From Calditrichia bacterium (GTDB lineage Bacteria; Calditrichota; Calditrichia; JAJRVZ01): a stretch of DNA of 64,000 bases. The notes under the pieces were generated by a model, which was given only the letters and a program-made list of their open reading frames with translations, made no database searches and was not told where the DNA came from. Within the stretch, counting starts at the first letter, position 1, and every line of letters starts with the position of its first letter. The stretch spans positions 752,262-816,261 of the forward strand of contig CAWCNS010000011.1 of NCBI GenBank assembly GCA_963796965.1. Reading direction: 5' to 3'. Made by a program: the position numbers and the translations under genes. This document shows positions 52,175-64,000 of the stretch, one piece after another.

Positions 52175-52891
52175 TTAAAGAATCCATATCGTAAAATACA
52201 ATAAATAGCCCATACACCATCTTTCCAATTTATTTTTTTCCCTTCCATGTAGGTTCTGCCATAATAGGATATACCAACCTCATAAATTCTGATGCCTGGT
52301 ATTCTGGCAACTTTGGCTGTAATCTCCGGTTCAAAACCAAATCTGTTTTCTTTTAGATCAATTTGTTTAATGATCTCTGTTCGAAATAATTTATAACCGG
52401 TCTCCATATCCGTTAAATTAAGATTTGTAAACATATTTGACCAGAAATGTTAAGATCTTATTTCCGATGGAATGCCAGAAAAACAAAATGCGATGTGGAT
52501 TACCGCCAATAAATCGAGATCCATAGACAACATCAGCTTTTCCATCCACGACAGGTTTTAATAATATATTGTATTCCTCAGGATCATACTCCAAATCGGC
52601 ATCCTGGACAATCAGGCACTCACCTTTAACATGCTTGATGCCCGTTCTAATTGCAGCCCCTTTGCCCTGGTTTAAAAGATGTTTTTCATACTTAATATTA
52701 GTTTCTCTTTGGATTTTCCGATAGTCCAGAATTCTTGATTCAGTACCATCGCTTGAACAATCGTCAACGATAATTATTTCCTTATTGATTTCATTGATTA
52801 AATTAACACTTCGAATCCGATCAAGAATTTCGACGATCGTATTCTCTTCATTGTAAACCGGAATGATAATACTTAAAGTTGTTATATCCAT
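52171..52891 (-). CDS. GT2 polyprenol-phosphate glycosyltransferase (DPM1-like), frameshift near 52440
   Basis: [47 protein letters not shown]. Confidence 0.9.
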
Positions 52892-53148
52892 ACTTAACCA
52901 TCTTTCAACATTCGAACTACCGGATAACATCTATTATTCTCACCAATTCAAATGTACCTAAATTGGCAATAATTGTAAAATAGGATTAACTTTGGATTGC
53001 TTTTTATCTTTGTGTGCTTTGTGCTTTCTTGGTGTACTTTGTGGTTAAAAATCAGATAAACAATTATGTAGATCTTTAGAAAACAGGCGACTTCTATAAA
53101 TAAACAAAAATCGTGAATGTTTTTTAAGATTATCCGGCTAAAAGAAGA

Positions 53149-54285
53149 ATGAAGACAAAAAAACTATTATTTGTTGTTACCGAAGACTGGTATTTCTGTT
53201 CCCACCGCCTATCGCTTGCGACTGCTGCTAAAGACGCAGGATATAAGGTTTCAGTCGCAACACGAATTACGGATGAGAAATATGTTCCTATAATTAGGGA
53301 TGCCGGAATTGAACTTTTGCCTTTAAAGAAAATGACCCGGGGTGGAAAAAATCCGATTACTGAATTGCAGGTTATCCTCGAATTAATGACAATATATAAA
53401 TCGCTCCAACCCGATATCATTCATCATGTGGCGATTAAAGGTGTTTTATATGGATCTATTGCCGCTAAATTGACAAAAATGAAAGCAACCGTTAATGCTT
53501 TAGCGGGATTAGGACATATCTTTGTTTCCAAACAGATCTTAGCACGTTTGCTGAGAATATTTATTATTTCTGTCTTCAAATTTAGTTTTAACGGTATTAA
53601 TGTAAAGTTTATTTTCCAGAATCCTGACGATATGAAACTATTTGTAGATTTAAATATTGCGGATGGTGATGATTGTGTTTTAATCAGGGGTTCTGGCGTG
53701 AATATTGATCAGTTTCATCCCGTAGATTTGAAGTCAGATGTTCCTACGTTTATTCTTGCTTCAAGAATGTTATGGTACAAAGGCGTCGGAGAACTTGTGG
53801 AGGCGGCCCGTATTTTGAAAAAAAAAGGATTAATCTTTCGTATACTTCTGGCCGGCGAGCCCGATTTACAAAATCCAAAAACAATCACTCATTCGCAACT
53901 TCAAGCGTGGCATGATGAAGGAGTTATTGAATGGATAGGATTTTGTTCTGACATGGTCGATCTTCTTTCAAAATGTGATGTTGCCGTACTACCATCCTAC
54001 TATGGAGAAGGTGTTCCAAAGGTTTTAATTGAAGCGGCAGCAATGGAATTATCGCTCATCACTACTCAAATGCCTGGCTGCATAGAAATATGCCGCCATG
54101 AAAAAAATGGTCTTCTCGTTCCACCAAAGGATATCCTTGCACTTACCAAGGCTATCGAACGATTAATTAACGATGAGCTCCTACGAAAACAACTTGGTGT
54201 CGAAGGCAGACAAATTGTAATCAATGAATTTGAAGAATCAATCGTCAATACAGCTACCCTAAATCTCTATAAAAATCTCCTTTAA
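53149..54285 (+). CDS. GT4 glycosyltransferase
   Basis: EDWYFCSHRL, RGSGV, RML..KGV, EGVPKVLIEAAA. Confidence 0.92.
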   Translation: MKTKKLLFVVTEDWYFCSHRLSLATAAKDAGYKVSVATRITDEKYVPIIRDAGIELLPLKKMTRGGKNPITELQVILELMTIYKSLQPDIIHHVAIKGVLYGSIAAKLTKMKATVNALAGLGHIFVSKQILARLLRIFIISVFKFSFNGINVKFIFQNPDDMKLFVDLNIADGDDCVLIRGSGVNIDQFHPVDLKSDVPTFILASRMLWYKGVGELVEAARILKKKGLIFRILLAGEPDLQNPKTITHSQLQAWHDEGVIEWIGFCSDMVDLLSKCDVAVLPSYYGEGVPKVLIEAAAMELSLITTQMPGCIEICRHEKNGLLVPPKDILALTKAIERLINDELLRKQLGVEGRQIVINEFEESIVNTATLNLYKNLL

Positions 54286-54415
54286 TATCCTTCCTCTATC
54301 AAATGGCATAAAAAAGAAATGATAAATTGGATAATAATTGTTATTTTAAGGTCTTATTATTCGCATAATTAATGAAGTTATAAATTCTTAATTAAAATTG
54401 TATTTTAGAGATGAT

Positions 54416-55523
54416 ATGAGTTTGATGATAGTCGTAATTTTCGGATATGTATTTCTGCTTTCATTGGCCCTATCCCTTATTCTCGTACCTGTCGCAAAGA
54501 AGTTGGCTATACACTGGAATATTCACGATCATCCCGGTGAACGGAAAATACACCAAACGCCAAAACCCTATTTGGGTGGGGTCGCCATCTTTTTGTCATT
54601 TTTTATCACGATTGTGTTCAACCTGATTATTTATTTGATATTAATCGGCAACCCAGACATTCAATCTCAATTTCCTTTTCTTACAAAACAATTACCTTAT
54701 CTGGCAAAAGCCTGGCCAAAGTTAGCTGCCATATTATTTGGTGCATTGATTATTGTTTCCGTGGGAGTGATCGATGATATCAAGAGTACCCTTATTTCAC
54801 CCAAATTAAAATTATTTTTTCAGACTCTTGCTGCTATCATCGCTGTTTATTTTGGTGTTTCTATCTCATTTCTTCCTTATGACTGGATGAACTGGATTAT
54901 CAGCGTCATCTGGATCGTTATATTAACAAATTCCTTCAACTTATTAGATAATATGGATGGTCTTTCAAGTGGCGTTGCTGCCATTTCCGCTCTCATTTTT
55001 TTTAGTGTCTCAATCTATCAGGGACAGGTTTTTATGGCTTTTATTCTGATAATATTTGTGGGGAGTATTTTAGGGTTTCTTAAACATAACTATTATCCCT
55101 CCTCCATATTCATGGGTGATGCGGGTAGTTTATTTCTCGGCTATATATTGGGAACCTTAACAATATCTGCCAGTTATGTAACAAAAGAAAGTACCAGCCT
55201 TTTGCCTGCCCTGATGCCCATTATTTATATTAAGTATACCAATCTTTGATACAATTTCTGTGGTAATAATTCGACTAAGAGAAAAACGTCCGATATTTGT
55301 TGGTGATAAACGTCATCTTTCTCATCGTTTGGTAGACATGGGATTCTCGCCGCGAAGTGCTGTAAATACAATTTATTTGCTTACTATTGCAATCGGATTG
55401 GTCGCTTTTCTTTTACCGTCACTTATCCGTTCATTTAAGCATTTTGGTTTTTGTTCAGATATTAATTATAATTTCGATTATTTCCATACTGATGTTTGTG
55501 GGAAAACGTAAAAACAACCAATA
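54416..55523 (+). CDS. MraY/WecA-family undecaprenyl-phosphate sugar-1-phosphate transferase, frameshifted
   Basis: RKIH..P.PYLGG, GVIDD, NSFNLLDNMDGL, FMGDAGS, DKRHLSHRL. Confidence 0.9.
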
Positions 55524-55535
55524 GGAGTTCAATAC

Positions 55536-56662
55536 ATGCGTGTCTTAATTACCGGCGGTGCCGGATTCATCGGTTCACACCTTTGTGAAAAATTGTTGGA
55601 ACAAGGGGATGAAGTTAGCGTTATTGATAATCTCTCAACAGGAAGAAAACAAAATATTAGCCATTTGCTTTCCCTTGAAAATTTTGATTTTTTTCAGACT
55701 ACGATAATGAATGAGTGGGTTCTTGAGGATCTCATTAACCAAAGTGATATTGTCTATCATCTGGCTGCAGCCGTGGGTGTCAAATTAATTATTAATAAAC
55801 CGGTTGAAACCATCGAGACCAATATCCGTGGGACAGAAAATGTGCTTAAATTTGCTAATAAAGCGAGAAAAAAAGTGCTTATTGCTTCCACGTCAGAAGT
55901 TATATGGAAAACTACCCCATGATCTTTTGTCTGAAAACGCTGACCGTCAATATGGGCCGACAACCGCCCATCGCTGGAGTTATGCCGCCTCCAAAGCGAT
56001 CGATGAGTTTCTTAGCCCTGGCCTATCATAAGGAATATAACTTACCGATCATTATTGCCCGCTTATTTAATACCGTTGGGCCACGTCAAATTGGTCGTTA
56101 TGGAATGGTATTGCCAAATTTTGTAAAACAGGCCTTAGCAAATAAACCTATCACCATTTATGGAGACGGGGAACAGTCAAGAAGTTTTACATATGTAGGG
56201 GATTGTGTAACTGTTTTAAAAGGATTGATGGACAGTGATAAATCTGTCGGCGAAGTATTCAATATTGGTAACTCTGAAGAGATCTCAATTAAGGGATTAG
56301 CTGAACGGGTAAAGGAATTGTCTAAAAGTAAATCAGAATTAGTCTATATTCCTTATGAAGAAGCCTATGAAGGTGGATTTGAAGATATGCAACGGAGATG
56401 TCCGGATAATTCAAAAATCAAAAATCTGCTTGGATATAAACCATCAAAGACACTTGATGAATTAATTCAAGTTACCATTGACTACCATCGTAGAACAGGT
56501 CAAGTTAAAAATAGTTTTTCTCACGCCAAGCCGCAAAGTCGCAAAGACAATTACATATTGAGCATTAATTTATCTATGATTATTTATTTTTTATCCTTAT
56601 CTCTTTGCGGCTTGCGTCTTTGCGTGAAAATAAAAATAGACATCAAGTTAAAAGTGAACTGA
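55536..56662 (+). CDS. NAD-dependent epimerase/dehydratase, frameshifted; true end probably ~56510
   Basis: [48 protein letters not shown]; the tail translates repeat DNA. Confidence 0.88.
56517..56628. repeat. Periodic CGCAAAG/CTTTGCG inverted repeat
   Basis: tcacgccaagccgcaaagtcgcaaaga ... tctttgcggcttgcgtctttgcgtga. Confidence 0.85.
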
Positions 56663-56668
56663 TATTAT

Positions 56669-57467
56669 ATGCCGAACACCAATGCAACCATAACCGTCTC
56701 CATTATTGGACATAATGAAGCTGAGAATTTACCTGCCTGCCTGGATACTGTTACCTGGGCGGATGAAATTGTATTTGTTGATTGTGAGAGCAATGATAAC
56801 TCTATCGAAATTGCAAAAAAATATACTTCAAAGGTATTCTCCAAACCGAATAACCGTAACCTAAATATTAACAAGCAGTTCGGGTTAGATCAATGCACGT
56901 CTGACTGGATCTTATATCTGGATCCGGATGAACTTATTCCTCAGGAAACCGCTGAGTGGATAAAAAAGGAAATACAGAAGACAAGACTATAGCGCTTTTC
57001 AGTTCCCCAGAAAGAATCATATGTTGGGACAGTGGCTAAAGCATGGTGGTCAATACCCGGATAACCAGCTGCGTTTATTTAAAAGAGGGGATGCACATTT
57101 TCCCTGTAAACATATCCATGAAAAACTTAAGGTAAATGGTATAATTGGAAAATCGCCAAATTTTATTATGCATCATCCCTATCCAACGCTAGAAGTTTAT
57201 ATAAATAAATTTAATTTTTATACAACCTTTGAGGCCATTTTTCTGGTTGAAAAACCTCCTTCTCCTCTGGGGTGGATAAATTATCTTATTTTTAAACCGA
57301 TTACACGTTTTTTTAAACGGTATTTTTTATATGGTGGTTTTCTGGATGGTTTCGGCGGGTTAATTGCAGCATTTTTTGATATGATAAACTTTCCGGTTCG
57401 CTATTTTAAATATCTGGAAATGAAGAGAAATAGCACTAGCGATACCATAAATAGGGATAGTGTGTAA
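56669..57467 (+). CDS. GT2 glycosyltransferase (LPS beta-1,4-glucosyltransferase-like), frameshift near 56985
   Basis: HNEAENL..CL, WADEI, LDPDE, YPDNQLRLF, IHEKL, GFLDG. Confidence 0.88.
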
Positions 57468-57469
57468 AA

Positions 57470-58537
57470 ATGTATCGTCTTCTCGACAAACTAAGCAAAA
57501 CCAAAAGGAGTCGCTCTCTATCAGACATAAGTAAGATATTAATACTACGACCAGACCGTTTGGGTGATGTTTTATTAACCTTGCCTGCCGTTTATAATGT
57601 TAAATCTGCCTATCCAGATGCTGAGATTTATTATCTTTGCCGAAAGTATACTTCCCCAATATTAAAATCTTATCAACTTATTAATGATGTTCTTATTTTT
57701 CCTGAAGATGAAGATAAAGATTCAATCCATCAATTAGTAGGGGAAATGTCGGATCTCAATTTTGATCTTGCCATTCACCTGTTGCCGAAGGCCAGCTTGG
57801 CAAAAGCCTCTTATCAAGCTAAAATAAACTATCGATTAGGCATGGGATATCGTCTTTATTCAATTTTCTATAATCTTCGTCAATTTGAGCATAGAAAGTA
57901 TAATGACTACCATGAAGCAGAATATAATTTACGAATGCTTGGATTGCTGGATATAAGTACCGCCTATTCGGAAAAGAGTTATGGACAGTTTGCATTCAAA
58001 CCCGAAGATGAAACCAAAGCAAATATATATATACAGGAAGTTTTCGGTACCGATCCTTATATTTTAATTCACCCCGGAAGTGGCGGTTCTTCCAAGGATT
58101 GGCCTCTCGACCATTATATTGATTTGATAAAATTGTTAAATCAATGGAATATGTATAAAATCGGTGTGACTGGAACAGATGCCGAAAAACAACTTCTCGC
58201 CCCTCTTCTTAATTCTGGCCTTGAGATAGTAGACTTAAGTGGACAATTAGATCTGATTCAATTATCACTCATCACTAAAAAATCATCGTTGTTTATCTCA
58301 AATAGTACTGGTCCATTGCATTTAGCAGTGGCAATGGGTACGCCCGTATTAGGATTTTATGTTGCCGCTTTCGATCTGGGACCCAAAAGATGGGGTCCAT
58401 TTATGCGGCCTGAAGACCAGGTTATTACGCCAAATGATATGTTGGCCCAAGAACAAAGAAGTGAAAAAAATGAAAATCTGTCTAAAATCACACCTAAAAA
58501 TGCCTTCCAGCGAATAAAAACCATTCTTAATAAATAA
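57470..58537 (+). CDS. GT9 heptosyltransferase-family protein
   Basis: DRLGDVLL, HPGSGG...W, NSTGPLHLA.A.GTP. Confidence 0.92.
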   Translation: MYRLLDKLSKTKRSRSLSDISKILILRPDRLGDVLLTLPAVYNVKSAYPDAEIYYLCRKYTSPILKSYQLINDVLIFPEDEDKDSIHQLVGEMSDLNFDLAIHLLPKASLAKASYQAKINYRLGMGYRLYSIFYNLRQFEHRKYNDYHEAEYNLRMLGLLDISTAYSEKSYGQFAFKPEDETKANIYIQEVFGTDPYILIHPGSGGSSKDWPLDHYIDLIKLLNQWNMYKIGVTGTDAEKQLLAPLLNSGLEIVDLSGQLDLIQLSLITKKSSLFISNSTGPLHLAVAMGTPVLGFYVAAFDLGPKRWGPFMRPEDQVITPNDMLAQEQRSEKNENLSKITPKNAFQRIKTILNK

Positions 58538-58911
58538 TTGTAATTTCTTTAGTTAACATCTAATCTGTTCCATTAGTCAAAAGTTACAATTTATTCATGT
58601 AGAGATTTGCCGGCGGGACGTCTCTATTAAAATATAAAAATAGATTATTGGTATGATTCGGAAGTTATCTAAACCTAGTAGCCTCTTTAGTGTCGGCAAG
58701 AGATTATAGCAATATTAAATATGAAATAAATATATATGTCAAAAAATCCAATAATTGAACTACAGTCAATTAAAATATTCTTTGCGAATTGCCGTCTTCG
58801 TTAGAAAATCGTTATGAGTTTTATAATTTTTTTAAATCGTCGCGGCGCTGCGCCGCTGCGAGATAATTTAATTGAAGTTTGAGGGAAGAATTCAGAATTG
58901 GACAAAAAAAA

Positions 58912-59028
58912 ACTGGTGACGACCTACTCTCCCGTCCCACTCATAGGAACAGTACCATCAGCGCTGGTGGGCTTAACTACTCTGTTCGGAATGGGAAGAG
59001 GTGTTGCCCCACCGCTATAGTCACCAGT
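58912..59028 (-). rRNA. rrf: 5S rRNA
   Basis: Minus strand CTGGTGACTATAGCG...CCCATTCCGAAC...GATGGTACTG...GGGAGAGTAGGTCGTCACCAG. Confidence 0.95.
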
Positions 59029-59040
59029 AAACTTCTATGT

Positions 59041-59133
59041 TAGTAGAGTGTTGAGAGTAGAGAGTTAAGAGTAATGCACAATGTATCTGTTTGTGCACTT
59101 TACTCTCCACTCTCTACTCTCTTCTCTTTACTG
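59041..59133. repeat. Heptamer-period hairpin in the 23S-5S spacer
   Basis: agtagag-tgttgag-agtagag-agttaag-agt..tgcac..gtgca..actctcc-actctct-actctct-tctcttt-act. Confidence 0.85.
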
Positions 59134-59186
59134 CTTTTCATTCGTCTAAGTAGTAAAATTATCTGCTGCGCAAGATATAAAATTAT

Positions 59187-62182
<2,996 letters not shown>

Positions 62183-62297
62183 AAAATCTAATATCTACAC
62201 ACAGCAGATAACTTTACTACTTATAACGAATTGTCAAAGATCAAAAAATAATAAAAGCAGGGAGACGAGACCATTAGAGGTCTCATTAAATTATATT

Positions 62298-63860
<1,563 letters not shown>

Positions 63861-63907
63861 CCTTGCTCTTCTTTTATTACTCGCAAAATTTAATGAAACA
63901 CAAAAAT

Positions 63908-63938
63908 TAGTCTCATTCTCCCTGCTGTCAAAGATCGT
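63908..63938 (-). promoter_or_regulatory. rrn leader boxA-like element and 16S processing stem
   Basis: GATCTTTGACA occurs both in the leader (~63926-63936) and in the 16S-23S spacer (~62232-62242). The leader text gtctcattctccctgct is nearly complementary to spacer agcagggagacgagac (62256-62271). Confidence 0.65.
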
Positions 63939-64000
63939 TTCTCTATTTCGTGCGTCGTATAATATAAAAAGAGAAAATCACGTAATCAAGAACCAAACCA

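Overview
AT-rich bacterial chromosome segment, most likely Calditrichota or a related FCB-type lineage. This is inferred from the 16S leader/V1 text, a secreted protein with a QNYPNPFN C-terminal sorting domain, a short EF-Ts and purN-purH-mreBCD-mrdA-rodA synteny. Left to right it holds: a GH106-like glycosidase running off the left edge; a C1 peptidase; TauE; an orphan DNA methyltransferase; NiSOD; a back-to-back pair of radical SAM/SPASM + GT2 modules with a Wzi-like and an LPG-synthase-like gene; rplM-rpsI-rpsB-tsf-pyrH-frr; pyrR-pyrB-pyrC with a PyrR attenuator; tRNA-Val(CAC); cpoB/ybgF; the mre/rod cluster; purNH; an LD-carboxypeptidase; a metallophosphoesterase; CBS, PilZ and aminotransferase genes; a GGGP-synthase homolog; a ~16 kb surface-polysaccharide/LPS locus; and a tRNA-less 16S-23S-5S operon on the minus strand. 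Many genes right of ~21 kb are split by single-base frameshifts, including essential ones, which points to long-read indel errors. The most striking unexplained structure is in the intergenic DNA. At least three families of periodic palindromes (~9-nt-period CGCAAAG/CACAAAG arms, 7-nt-period arms, and short REP-like palindromes) fill many spacers, often nested inside one another. There is also a triple DnaA-box array at ~8.75 kb.
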